Shown here one piece after another: positions 36,186-47,220 of a stretch of 64,000 nt of DNA. Each line of letters begins with the position of its first letter. Position 1 is the first letter of the stretch. The position numbers and the translations under genes are program-made. The notes under the pieces are model-generated. The model was not told the origin of the DNA. It saw nothing but the letters and a program-made list of their open reading frames with translations, and ran no database searches. The stretch spans positions 62,001 through 126,000 of IMG/VR virus record IMGVR_UViG_3300003322_000571; one strand, 5' to 3'.

Positions 36186-36781
36186 ATGAACCCCGCTTGG
36201 AACTGCGTCGTTGACGATATCCAGGATGTTATGGCGAGGGGCGTGGCGCTCCTCCCTACGGTTTACTTTGAATTTCTTGAACAGCTATCGGAGAGGGAGC
36301 GGACGCAAAATCTGTGTTTGTTGCCCTCTCCCCGTTTTGAGCTGTATCATTACAGACTAGAAAGCAAGGTACGACAACGTATCAAAGCCTTGCAAACAGC
36401 CGCATGATCAATCAACCCTACACACAGCTGACAGAAATGACAGATGTCGTTGAGCGAGCATCCACACTCGCTTCCGACGCAAATACGTTGTACGACAATC
36501 TGGTCGCAGGTACTCTTGAAGAATATTACGATCAGGTAATCGTTGCAATTGCAACCGACTTGATGGCCGTTCCTGTAGACAGGACATTCAACGGATTGCC
36601 TGAGATCGAGGATCCTGCTGAAGTGGTAGCAGCGATCGATTCGATCAGCTCTATTCTTTCGCGCACTTTTGCGAAAAGTCAACAATCAATCACAAAGGAC
36701 CTAAGTGTCCTTGTTGAACAACTGCCTATTGACGACTTGCGGGAAGCAAGGTTTCGACGGAACGCAGGTCTTTTGAATTAA
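36186..36781 (+). CDS. two hypothetical ORFs (36186-36407, 36404-36781)
   Basis: ATGA-coupled. Confidence 0.6.
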
Positions 36782-36854
36782 ATAGTTGACTTGTTACCCT
36801 TGGTCATATTAAGATGCATCTCATTGTTCAAAATTGAGATAGCAGGTCAATCTG

Positions 36855-37838
36855 ATGTCTCTCAAGAAAATGAAGCCCGTTGAGCGTACCGAAGAGCAGT
36901 TGGAACTGTTTGTTGCTGCTGATTTCATTCAATACGACCCTGCTCTCACTCTCACTGAAACGCAACAACAGTTGCTGATTCAGCATGTTCAGTCAAACAC
37001 CAAGCGGTATGAACGGTACGAAGTTCGTGCCCTGTCGACAGTGTTCAACGACTTCGAACAGAACAAGTTGACGATGAAGAACAATCAGCGTCGCCAACGG
37101 ATGCTGACGTTCCAAGCAAATTGCAAATGCATCAAGTGCGGTATCGAAGCTGACATTTGTATCGTCGAGCGTGTCAGAACCGAACTTGAAGGCGCTCGTC
37201 ATCACAACCTGTATGCAATCACTGCAAACGGTCTTGTCCTGATGACGGTTGATCACTACGTTCCAGATAGCTGTGGTGGCCGTTACCACTTCGACAACTT
37301 CCAGACGATGTGCACCGATTGCAACAACGGCAAGAGCAACTACATGTCTCTGGAAGAGATTGCAGAAGCTCGTGCGAACAAAGCAAAATACAAGAAGGAA
37401 TGGTGGAACGACGAGTTGTTTGATCTCGTCTTGTACATCCAAGAACAAGCTGCGACAGCTCAACGAGCTGATCAACGTAAGCAATGGTACAAACTGCTGG
37501 CTACGTTCAAGCAGTACACCGGCAAATTCCAGATGGAAAAGCCGCAAAACGTTCCCGAACTGATTGACACGATCAAGACGAAAATCTACGTGCTCCATCG
37601 TTCGCATGGAGTGAAAAAATGTCATATCAGTGTCGTTCCTGCAAAGGAACAGGTTTATACGTGGGCTTTCTGGAGCGCCAAGGCGAAGCAGTTGTATGCA
37701 CAGATTGTGAAGGAACTGGGCATTCTGAAGACGGTGAAGTTCCGTTCACCCATCGTGTTCGCGTCGAAGGGATCACCAAAATCCGCACGATGTGCATCAA
37801 CGAAACCTTCTCGCCAGAAGATCGCTACCGTTGGATGA
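36855..37838 (+). CDS. HNH endonuclease domain protein
   Basis: CIKCG, MTVDHYVP...GG....NFQTMCTDCNNGK. Confidence 0.85.
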   Translation: MSLKKMKPVERTEEQLELFVAADFIQYDPALTLTETQQQLLIQHVQSNTKRYERYEVRALSTVFNDFEQNKLTMKNNQRRQRMLTFQANCKCIKCGIEADICIVERVRTELEGARHHNLYAITANGLVLMTVDHYVPDSCGGRYHFDNFQTMCTDCNNGKSNYMSLEEIAEARANKAKYKKEWWNDELFDLVLYIQEQAATAQRADQRKQWYKLLATFKQYTGKFQMEKPQNVPELIDTIKTKIYVLHRSHGVKKCHISVVPAKEQVYTWAFWSAKAKQLYAQIVKELGILKTVKFRSPIVFASKGSPKSARCASTKPSRQKIATVG

Positions 37839-37876
37839 CGGTAGAGCAGTTCGAAGCGAAAGTACCCTGCTGTTGA
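37619..37876 (+). CDS. DnaJ-type zinc-finger mini-protein
   Basis: CRSCKGTG...CTDCEGTG; own GGAG SD. Confidence 0.75.
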   Translation: MSYQCRSCKGTGLYVGFLERQGEAVVCTDCEGTGHSEDGEVPFTHRVRVEGITKIRTMCINETFSPEDRYRWMTVEQFEAKVPCC

Positions 37877-37890
37877 TTTGGTTTAATGGG

Positions 37891-37922
37891 AACTCCTATA
37901 GTGAACGTTCACTATAGGAGTT
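37891..37922. repeat. perfect 32-bp palindrome (terminator overlapping a promoter -10)
   Basis: AACTCCTATAGTGAAC/GTTCACTATAGGAGTT followed by a T-run; TTGATT-N18-TATAGT. Confidence 0.8.
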
Positions 37923-37927
37923 TTTTC

Positions 37928-38194
37928 ATGTCTGAACCAAATCTCAACCGCGAACACGGCGCAAGCCGCGTGTTGATCATTGGCGATATGCATGACACGT
38001 CATGGGCGAAGAAGTTCCTCGATGACATCGAGTCGCTTGAAATCGTCTATGTCGCTGAGGAAACGTTCGAAGACGGTTATCGTACAACGAACGTGTGCTA
38101 CCGGGTTGCTCCTCCGGTAGACAAAATGGCTGTACAAACAAAAAAGCCGGTCAAACAACCGCAGCCGACCACACTGATCCGGCGGATTACATAA
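37928..38194 (+). CDS. hypothetical protein
   Basis: AGGAG SD lies within the palindrome. Confidence 0.6.
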   Translation: MSEPNLNREHGASRVLIIGDMHDTSWAKKFLDDIESLEIVYVAEETFEDGYRTTNVCYRVAPPVDKMAVQTKKPVKQPQPTTLIRRIT

Positions 38195-38201
38195 CAATAA
38201 C

Positions 38202-40580
38202 ATGAAGATCCAGCACGTCCCCGCCACTATTGAACGTGGCGAGGGAATCGTTGAGTCCAATTTCTCAATGGACCCAACCGCAGAAGCATTTGAAATTCTG
38301 TCCAGTGGTTTGTATTCCAATAAGCCACTAGCGATCGTTCGAGAGTTGTCGTGCAATGCGTATGACTCACACGTCGCAGCTGGTAAAGCTGACGTGCCGA
38401 TCGAAATCTACCTCCCTACGTCGATGGACCTTAACTTCTACGTTAAGGACTACGGCACTGGCTTGAACGACTACGAAGTTCGAGGTGGATGGCTGCATCA
38501 AGTGACAGGCGAGAAAGTATCGGTTCTTGATCAGACAATCTCTGATGAAGACATGCTCAACGCTGGTTACATCCGTAGCACGGGTATCTACAACACGTAC
38601 TTCCGTTCCACCAAGACGTCTAGTGATGAATTCATTGGACAGCTAGGACTTGGTAGTAAGTCGCCATTCAGCTACGCTGGTACGTTCAACGTCACGACTG
38701 TTAAGGACGGCGTGAAGTACTCATACGTGTGCTTCAAGAACGAAGAACGAAAGCCAGTGATCTCACTGATCAACCATTCTCCTACGGAAGAACCGAACGG
38801 CGTGATGGTATCGATTGCTATTCGCCGCGATGACGTCGATAAGTTCGTCCAGGCTGCCAAGAGCGCCTTGATGTACTTCGATCCAATGCCGGTAATTAAA
38901 GGTCGAAGTGATTTCGCTCCGTACGAAATGGTTCACACCGTAAAAGGTGACACGTGGCGTATCCGCGAAGCAGACTACTACGCACACATGAACGGTCCGT
39001 ACGTTGTTCAAGGGTTTGTTGCATATCCGATCGACCTTGAACTGCTGAAAGAAAACGGCTTGTCCGGTGCTGCAGAACTAATTGCTTCGACGAACATTGA
39101 TATGTATGTGCCTATTGGTGCTGTGTCAATCGCTGCTTCTCGTGAAGCACTGCAGTACGATCGCCGGACGATTCAGAATCTGATCAGTGCTTTTAGGCAT
39201 GTTGCTGGGTCAACACGTGTTAAGTTTGAAGAAGGCTTCCTTGAGTGCAATACAGAACTCGAAGCTGGGATGCTGCACGACAAGTACATGAACACGCGTG
39301 ATGCATCGTTCGGTAGGTTCTATGCTGCTCTGCACAAGGACAAACCGTTCACGTGGAACGATCAACCAATTAAGACGACGATTGACATTAGCCTTGCAGG
39401 ACTGACGAACGTCCGTTTTAGCCGGGCACGTGCTGCAACATCACAACGAGCACTTGCTACGTTTGGATATTGGAATCCAACGACGCCACTCCGTGCAAAT
39501 GAAGAAGCCAAGACAGTGTACCAGCTAGAGATTCTAGCGAATACACACTTCGTCTACTGCAACACAGACGTTGGTACGATGGCTCGTCTTCGGTACTGGC
39601 TGGATACGATCAGTCGCGAAGGAAATCGTGATCCACACTTGTTCATCGTATACGCATTGGAAAAGAACGATCCAAAGGCAAAACAGCAGTGCGCTTTGAT
39701 CGAAAAGCAACTTGGCGTTACGTTTACGTTGTTCACAGACCTCGCTGTACCACCTGCACGTCCACGTTCTACATCTAGCTCCAGTCCGAGGATCAAGTTG
39801 ACAAAGGAACGTCGTCTCGTGTGGAAAGGCTTCCCTCGTCGTAAGGGTCGTTGGAGCTATCGCAGGAAGATCACCGAATACTCCAAGCGGTGCTGGGATA
39901 TTCAAGATATTGATCTGTCAACTGGTGGATTGTACATTCCAATCAATGGTCATAGTCCTGTTCCGTATACGAACGACCTGGAAGAGTACCTAGACCTTGC
40001 TATGGCTCTTGGATTGATTACGACGACGTCGCTTCCTGGTATGACGACGGAGGAACACAAACATGCGACGGAAGACGGAACTGTGTGGACTGATGTGTTC
40101 GAACACATTAAGACAACATTCCAAGCGAAATTTGGTCAGAAGCACTATGATGTCCACATTCGTAACTTCCTTGCTTCAAGGTTGTACCATCTCCCTATTG
40201 ACTGGGCGAAGGAAGGTGTTGTGTTCAATATCAAACAAGGTCCACTGCACGAACTGCATACGTTGCTAAGGGAGTTGCATCAGGTCAGCGTCAACGTTGA
40301 TATGGTCAAGATCCAAGCACTAGAGAGGTTTATGGGCATTTCGTTTGACGCTGCAACAGCAGACACGACTGTTAAAGCACAACGGTTGTGGAAGGAAGCA
40401 ACAACCAAGTATCCCATGCTGATGTTGCTTGAGTCCGGCAGTGCTCGTTTGCAAGGAATTGGAGCTAAGGTCACGTCAATGCTTGTTTCGGAGTACGTTA
40501 ACTCTATTGAGCGGTTGGCAACGACTGTTGAGGTCAAGGCCCAAAACGAAGAAGCTGTAGTGGAAGCTCTGGCTGAATAA
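38202..40580 (+). CDS. rIIA: rIIA-like protein (GHKL ATPase N-terminus)
   Basis: AFEILSSGLYSNK..AIVRELSCNAYDSH, DYGTG, GLGSKSPFSY, SREALQY. Confidence 0.92.
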   Translation: MKIQHVPATIERGEGIVESNFSMDPTAEAFEILSSGLYSNKPLAIVRELSCNAYDSHVAAGKADVPIEIYLPTSMDLNFYVKDYGTGLNDYEVRGGWLHQVTGEKVSVLDQTISDEDMLNAGYIRSTGIYNTYFRSTKTSSDEFIGQLGLGSKSPFSYAGTFNVTTVKDGVKYSYVCFKNEERKPVISLINHSPTEEPNGVMVSIAIRRDDVDKFVQAAKSALMYFDPMPVIKGRSDFAPYEMVHTVKGDTWRIREADYYAHMNGPYVVQGFVAYPIDLELLKENGLSGAAELIASTNIDMYVPIGAVSIAASREALQYDRRTIQNLISAFRHVAGSTRVKFEEGFLECNTELEAGMLHDKYMNTRDASFGRFYAALHKDKPFTWNDQPIKTTIDISLAGLTNVRFSRARAATSQRALATFGYWNPTTPLRANEEAKTVYQLEILANTHFVYCNTDVGTMARLRYWLDTISREGNRDPHLFIVYALEKNDPKAKQQCALIEKQLGVTFTLFTDLAVPPARPRSTSSSSPRIKLTKERRLVWKGFPRRKGRWSYRRKITEYSKRCWDIQDIDLSTGGLYIPINGHSPVPYTNDLEEYLDLAMALGLITTTSLPGMTTEEHKHATEDGTVWTDVFEHIKTTFQAKFGQKHYDVHIRNFLASRLYHLPIDWAKEGVVFNIKQGPLHELHTLLRELHQVSVNVDMVKIQALERFMGISFDAATADTTVKAQRLWKEATTKYPMLMLLESGSARLQGIGAKVTSMLVSEYVNSIERLATTVEVKAQNEEAVVEALAE

Positions 40581-40591
40581 GGAGAACAATA

Positions 40592-41551
40592 ATGAATACT
40601 TACGTTGTAAACGGAGGAGGGATGTCCCTCTTCGTTGACGGACAGCTGTACACTGTCGAATCATCGCACATTCGATTTGACCAAATCCGTGATGCTGCAC
40701 GTGCAGGCGAGTGGCAAGAGGCAATCGATCAGATTCCTCTGATCGGTGCAATCACAAAGTACGTAACGACAGAAATCGGCGTCGGCAAGATCACTGTTGA
40801 TGCAGAATCTCACAAGGTGTTGTTCGACGGTCATCCGCTGCACAACTACCTTGTCGATAAGCTGTTCAAGATGATGGAACAGAACCATGACGTTCTTCCG
40901 CTCGTCAAGTTCCTCAACAACTTGATGCGCAATCCGTCGAACAAAGCTGTACAAGAACTATATCGCTGGATTGAGTCGAACGGGATGACTATCAGTGAAG
41001 ACGGTTATCTGTACGCTTATAAGCGTGTCCAGGATGATTACACGTCATTCTACGACGGCAAGACGAAGAACCCTGTTGGTGGATACGTTGAAATGCCTCG
41101 CTGGCAAGTTGATGATCGTTCGCACAACACGTGTTCTGCTGGTCTACATTTCTGTAGTCAAGCATATCTGCCACACTATGCAGGCGGTCAAGGTCGTGTT
41201 CTGTTGCTGAAGATCGATCCGGCTGATGTTGTGTCAATTCCGACCGATTACAAAAACGCTAAGGGTCGCGCATGCCGCTACTTCATTGAAAGTGAATTGA
41301 AGGGCGAATCTCGCGACCGCGTTGAGACGGAAGATGTGATCACAGCTCGTGTAGTGACGGTCGACGTTGAAGACATCAACACATCTACAAACTTCCAGCG
41401 TGGTTATAAAGTTGGATACAAGGCAGGACGTGGTAAGCAGAAGAACGAGTACCGCGATCACACGCCAGTTGACAAAGATGACAAGCTGTTCACGGACGGC
41501 TACCTTGCTGGTTACAAAGACGGACGAGACCGTAGCCCTGCAAAGCACTAA
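40592..41551 (+). CDS. rIIB: rIIB-like protein
   Basis: NPS, DG...AYK.V, MPR..VDD, TCSAGLH, DVVSIP.DY, KGRACRY. Confidence 0.92.
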   Translation: MNTYVVNGGGMSLFVDGQLYTVESSHIRFDQIRDAARAGEWQEAIDQIPLIGAITKYVTTEIGVGKITVDAESHKVLFDGHPLHNYLVDKLFKMMEQNHDVLPLVKFLNNLMRNPSNKAVQELYRWIESNGMTISEDGYLYAYKRVQDDYTSFYDGKTKNPVGGYVEMPRWQVDDRSHNTCSAGLHFCSQAYLPHYAGGQGRVLLLKIDPADVVSIPTDYKNAKGRACRYFIESELKGESRDRVETEDVITARVVTVDVEDINTSTNFQRGYKVGYKAGRGKQKNEYRDHTPVDKDDKLFTDGYLAGYKDGRDRSPAKH

Positions 41552-41649
41552 AAAAGAGGACCAAAAGGTCCTCTTTTTATTTGAGGGTAACCGTTGCTAA
41601 TTAACCCTTCTTCACAGAAGATTACGTTACCTTATAACTGGAGCAGGTC

Positions 41650-41826
41650 ATGGAAGACGACAACGTGCTGTCGGTCCGAATCAATGAAGATGGTCTTCGT
41701 CAAGCGATGCGCGAAGCAACCGACGTGTGCATCAACTGCGAACTGCCGTACTACAACAACGGTGGTGGAATGATCTGCCCGGAGTGCGGCGATATGCCGG
41801 ACGAAGACCAACTGCTCAATCCGTAA
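41650..41826 (+). CDS. 58-aa zinc-ribbon protein (not in track)
   Basis: CINC...CPECG; GGAG SD. Confidence 0.65.
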   Translation: MEDDNVLSVRINEDGLRQAMREATDVCINCELPYYNNGGGMICPECGDMPDEDQLLNP

Positions 41827-41841
41827 CTACCTGAAAACCAA

Positions 41842-42444
41842 ATGAAACGTTATATCGCTCTCGTTCTCGTCGCAGCTGCCTTGGCACTGATTGCTGTGTT
41901 CCCAACACCAGCGCATGCAATCGACGCGAACACCGTCAATAGCGCTGGCTTCGACAAACTGACAGAGGCCCAGAAGGCAGAAATGCTGAAACAGATCGCC
42001 GACAAAGTCGAAGCGAACAAATCTGCACCACCTGATACGAAGGTTGTCGAGAAGACGGCACAATGGGTCGATCTCGGTGAGCGAATCGGCAAGATGCTCG
42101 GAGGTGCTGCACGCGAAGTTGGCATTGCTGTCAACGAGTTTGTCAAGACGCCTGTCGGTATGCTGACCGCAGCACTGATCGTGTGGCATTTCATGGGTGG
42201 TGTGATCGTTCACGTTGTCGGTGGTATTGCGATCATGGTCGTCGGCATGTCGATCCTGTGGTATATCCTCCGTCGTTCGCGTCACATTGAGACCAAGTAC
42301 GATCCGGAAAAGAAGGACATCTTTGGTCGTTCGGTCAAACTGACTGAGATTCGTCACAGTCTGTCCGACGATGACAAGGCCATGGCACTGTTGTGGACCG
42401 CAGCTGTGGCGATCGTAAGCTTGGTCACGACGTTCACGTACTGA
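41842..42444 (+). CDS. membrane protein with signal peptide
   Basis: Signal peptide ending AHA, followed by TM segments; terminator at 42462-42490. Confidence 0.8.
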   Translation: MKRYIALVLVAAALALIAVFPTPAHAIDANTVNSAGFDKLTEAQKAEMLKQIADKVEANKSAPPDTKVVEKTAQWVDLGERIGKMLGGAAREVGIAVNEFVKTPVGMLTAALIVWHFMGGVIVHVVGGIAIMVVGMSILWYILRRSRHIETKYDPEKKDIFGRSVKLTEIRHSLSDDDKAMALLWTAAVAIVSLVTTFTY

Positions 42445-42662
42445 TCGCGGATCGCTCTGGCAAAAACCACGCAATACTGCGTGGTTTTCTTCGTTTGCTC
42501 TATTGTCTTTTTCGCGTAATACGGTGAATATCTTGACCGTTAAAGTGTTTGATGTCGTTCGACAAGCAAACGATCGAAGAAGATCAAATGCTCCGTTGAT
42601 TTTTCACCCTATAACTACGATACTGTAATCATCGTAAGACAAAACGAGCAGGCAGGTACAAC

Positions 42663-43865
42663 ATGAGTGACGAACTGTTTAACACAACCGAATTGCAAGA
42701 TGCGATTGACGATCTTTCTCAAGATCAGGACGAGCATCAGTTCGGTCAAAGCGAAGACGATGAAGTCCTTGAGCTGTACGGCGACAAAGAAGTTCGCTGG
42801 TATCAGATCGCTGCACGAAACGGCGTCGAGCAAGCGTGGACCGAAAATCCGCGTGCTCGTGTTCTGATTGTCCTGCCGACGGGAGCTGGTAAGACAATCA
42901 CGTCTGGTCTCGTGTTCAGTTCTGATGTGATCCGTCAACTCGTCGGTGTCAAGCCGGGCGAGAAGCTGCGGATTCTGTTCATCGCGCACAAGCATCGTCT
43001 GTTGACGCAAGCAGAACAAGCGTATGCGGACGCACACAACGTCGAGTTCATCCCTCAGTCTGCGTTCTCGGCGATCCCCGACGAAGTGCTCGAAAGGGGA
43101 TGGCACATCGCGTGTATCGACGAAGCGCATCACGAAGCGATGGCAACGATCCAGTACCATCTGGAAAAGCTCGGTGACAAGCCGATTCTCGGTCTGACTG
43201 CAACTCCGGACCGTGCCGACGGTTGCCTGATCAAGTTTGACGTGATCATCAATCCGATCACTCGTGAGCAGGCTGTTGCTGAAGGATTCCTGGCGCCGAC
43301 ACACATTCATTCGTTTGTCGACGTGCCGTCCGCTGACAAAATCAAGATCCTGACTGCGATTTTCGAGGACTATGCTCACCAGATGGGCCAGACGATGGTG
43401 TTCGTTCGCACGAAAAAAGAAGTTCGTGCGCTGACGACGATCCTGATCAATATGGGCTATGATGCTGTCGGTGTGCTGACGCAAACGGAAAAGGAGCTCG
43501 ACCGTTTGCTGAACGACTTCTCGAACAAGAAGATCCAGTTCATCATCAACTGCAACAAGATCAACGAGGGCGTCGACGTTAAGGGATGCACTGACGTGAT
43601 CCTTGGCCGTCAGTTCGGTTCGTACATGCAACTGAACCAAGTGATCGGTCGCGCTGCTCGTCCTGACTCGGACTGCAACGTGTGGGAACTGATCAATCCG
43701 CTGTCGTCCCGCAACCTCGATACGACTGTCGTTGTCGGTACTCCGGAATCGCATCGTCTCGTTGCGATGGAGGGTGGTGTGTGGGTCGAGCGTAACTTTG
43801 ACTACGTCACTCATCGCACGAATAAGCAGCTGGGCATCACCAGTGGTATCCGTATCCGTCATTGA
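42663..43865 (+). CDS. SF2 DEAH helicase (ResIII/UvsW-like)
   Basis: PTGAGKT, DEAHH, TATPDR, EGVD, QVIGRAAR. Confidence 0.92.
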   Translation: MSDELFNTTELQDAIDDLSQDQDEHQFGQSEDDEVLELYGDKEVRWYQIAARNGVEQAWTENPRARVLIVLPTGAGKTITSGLVFSSDVIRQLVGVKPGEKLRILFIAHKHRLLTQAEQAYADAHNVEFIPQSAFSAIPDEVLERGWHIACIDEAHHEAMATIQYHLEKLGDKPILGLTATPDRADGCLIKFDVIINPITREQAVAEGFLAPTHIHSFVDVPSADKIKILTAIFEDYAHQMGQTMVFVRTKKEVRALTTILINMGYDAVGVLTQTEKELDRLLNDFSNKKIQFIINCNKINEGVDVKGCTDVILGRQFGSYMQLNQVIGRAARPDSDCNVWELINPLSSRNLDTTVVVGTPESHRLVAMEGGVWVERNFDYVTHRTNKQLGITSGIRIRH

Positions 43866-43872
43866 GGACAAC

Positions 43873-46800
43873 ATGGCAACGAACGACGCTCTCGGAAATC
43901 CAGTTGTTGAAGGCAACTGGTACGGGTACTCCAAGGAAAGCAACGGAATTACTCGTGTGATTCGTGCCCGTGTCAAGTACCTGAAGAACGACAAAGCACG
44001 ATTGACGGATTGTCGTGAGTACCTTTCACTTGGTATCACCAACAGTGCAGAGATCGTCCCAACCCAAGTCGAGGACCGGACGATGACGTGCCATACGTTG
44101 TTTCCGATTCCCCCTCAGGAGTAACTATGACCAAAGCGGTATTCTTCTCTTTGACAGTCGTCACATTGACAATCGTGATCGGACTGTTGATGCTTGATTT
44201 TCGAATCGGGCAAGCTCTAGGTGGCGCACTGACGTTCATCAGCGCATGCGGTGCCCTGTCTGAACTGGTTCGCGGCTGCGAAGACAAGCAAGGTCAAGCT
44301 GGAATGTTCACATTCTTCTTGATTGTCGGACTCGTTATCTTCTTCACAACATAAGGAAAATCATGCCTCAAGAATGGTTGACATTGTGCTCGTTGTCAAC
44401 CACAAGTAATAGGTATACGATCCTCTTTACGTTCAACTCTTCGAGATTACCATGGCAGACTTTGAAGTTTACGGATGGATCATCGTCGTCGGTGCTCTGA
44501 TCGCATTGCTCACGTCGTCCGTGCGTGCCATTCTGCGTGCAGAACGCGTTTGGTCGTTGGGAACGTTCGTGTACACGGCAAGTCGTGTGTCGATGATCCT
44601 GTACATTATCATCGCATCCGTGATCGGCACGGCGGCGTGGTGGGGTGTCGGATACATCATCGAACACAAGATCAAGATCGAAGTCACTCTCCGCTGAAGG
44701 ACTATCATGTTTCGCAACGCAATCGCGTACCATGTGACGCGTGGCAATGGTGAAAAGGAAACGATCTGGGCAATGCCCGGATCGCAACTGCACAAGTTGC
44801 TGTCGGAAGGTAAGAAGGATGCTGCACACGAGTGCCATCGCGAAAGCGTTGCGCGTGAAAAAGAGCTAATGGCTCGAATTGATGCTCAAATGGCGAAGGT
44901 GCAACGATGAGTGACATCTACTACAAGATTCGTAGCAAGACAACCGGTCTGTTCTCGACTGGTGGAAGTGACGTCACGTGGAACAAAGTCGGTAAGGTGT
45001 GGAGGCGGAAGGGAGACCTTTCATCGCACTTTACTGGCTTGACATCACATGGCCGCAAGCAGTATCGCGACAACGACGCTGAGGTTGTTGAGCTCGAAAC
45101 GGTTGTTCACAATCTAATCCCCGTCGAACAATACCTCGAGCAAGCGGACGAACGTCGCGTTGAGAAAACGAACGAAGCACACCGACGTCGAGCTGACAAG
45201 ACACGCAAGGACGAACTTGCGGTTTTGAAGCATCTGCAAAAGAAGTACCCAGGAGGTGTGTGATGAAAGAGCCGAAGCTGGACTTTGTCCGTCTGATTGA
45301 CATCAACACGGTGACACGTGATGAAATCGTGTCGATCATTCGCAAGTGGGGTCGCGACAACGGTGGACGGTACATCGCCAGTCTGCTGTTGCAGATTGCT
45401 GAGTTGAAGGGATTCCCACCGATCACTCCGGTTGACTTGGAGCCGAACCGGTCGTTCGGCTTCGAGATCAAGTTGTTCGAGGTCAATACCGATGCATTGG
45501 AAGACGTCACCGAGTCCGCTGTAGGCCTTCGTCAAACGAAGTACCTTGGCTTCACCACGACACACAAGGGAAACAGGTTTGCGGTCCTCCACTATTACGG
45601 CAAGGAGCCGGCGTGGGACGACGTCAAAAAGAAACTCAAACAGTACGGAGGCTTGTTCGCGTAATGGGCAAGAAGTACATCACCGATGTCAATGACATCC
45701 CAAAACATCCTCACTACGCAGTCGTCCAGAGCAAAAGCGTATACATCCCTGCGGATGCAACGGCTTATCATCCGGAACCAGCCTACTACGACCATTCTTT
45801 GTCGTACATCGTGTTCGACACCCCGGAAGAGTGGGAACAGTACGTTCGCGAAGCGACACTCAAAGCCGGTTCGAACAAGGTTGACTTCATTGCAATTGAA
45901 GCAACACCAGCCCAAGTGACAATGACAGTCAATGTCAAGCTCACATTGCCGAAGGGTAAGTGATGAAACGACTGCTCAACTTCCTCCGTCCATTCCGTAC
46001 GCACAAACTCGGTCGTCGTCGTATAACCACGATCAAGATCATCTACAAGAGCGGTGCGACACATGAATTTGATGTGTACACGTTCGAAATCACAAGGTCG
46101 TACGGCGGTGATACGTCGATGAAGTGGGAAGCTGTTAGTGACGATAACAAACCGTTGCTGATTGGCGTGGACGAAATCGCTGCGGTGTACCAAGGCAAAG
46201 AGCGCTACAAATACGGATTGATTGAAAAATGAGTTCGAAGATCCCAAAGCAGTGGAAGCACTGGTTGTATCGTCTCCGCCTTCGCCAAGAATGGCACGGA
46301 GATGCCTATTCTTACAAAGGCCGTGGTCATCATTGGCGAATCGGCTACCGATATTACGGGAAGAACAGCGGTCAGTTGTTCTTCCAGCGGGGCGACAAGT
46401 ACGAAGACATGGACCGGTGGGCGCTTACCGACACTGTGTCGCATGAAGGAATCCCTCAGACGTTTGCAGAGCTGAAGGAATTCGTCGAAAACGCTCTCAA
46501 TCCTGAATTCTGTGCGAGATACAAAGCAGATCTCGACCGTAAAATTGCTGAATGGCTGAAGGAATACAAGGAACAATCAGGGAAGGTGACGGTGAGCGAA
46601 GATGCGTGAAATTCAACGTCGCCGCGGTCCAACTTACGAAGTGGACGGGAACGAGTACCTCGACCGTCTCGAACGGAAGGATGCCTTGTGGCACGACATC
46701 ATCGGCGAAGAATTCGGTGTGCATGATGATTACTGCGACGGAGATTTCAAGCTTGTTGTTTGGCAATGGTGCAATGATGGATATAAGGCTGACCGATATA

Positions 46801-47072
46801 AGTTCTTTACGGAACTGACGGACAGCCAACTTGAAATCCTCGCAACTGATGGTGACATCGACTGTCCGGATGACGACCCTCAGTTGGTCGAATATGACAA
46901 ACTGACCGAGGCCGTCAAGCAACTCGGAGATCAATTCAACGACCATATGTTTTGGTTATCGGCCGACTCGTACGCAATGATGGAACAGATTCGTCGTGCA
47001 ATCATTAAGGACTACCCTGAAGCAGAAAACATGATGAAGAAAGGCCAGCTGGCACTCGCATTTTATCAGTGA
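43873..47072 (+). CDS. cluster of ~10 small hypothetical ORFs (43873-44124, ~44127-44354 TM, 44452-44697 TM, 44707-44910, 44907-45263, 45260-45664, ~45664-45963, 45960-46232, 46229-46609, 46602-47072)
   Basis: Co-oriented, translationally coupled ORFs with SDs. Confidence 0.65.
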
Positions 47073-47220
47073 CCAGTTGACCTAAACTGTTGGTTGTATA
47101 TAATAGCGAGCGTGGTTTCGACCACAGCTCGCTATCAGCGCTGCAAAACTGACCCATTGATCTTTTACCCGATATCGCTGATAGTAGTCGTAACAGTTAA
47201 CAAAACGCACGGACACGCAA

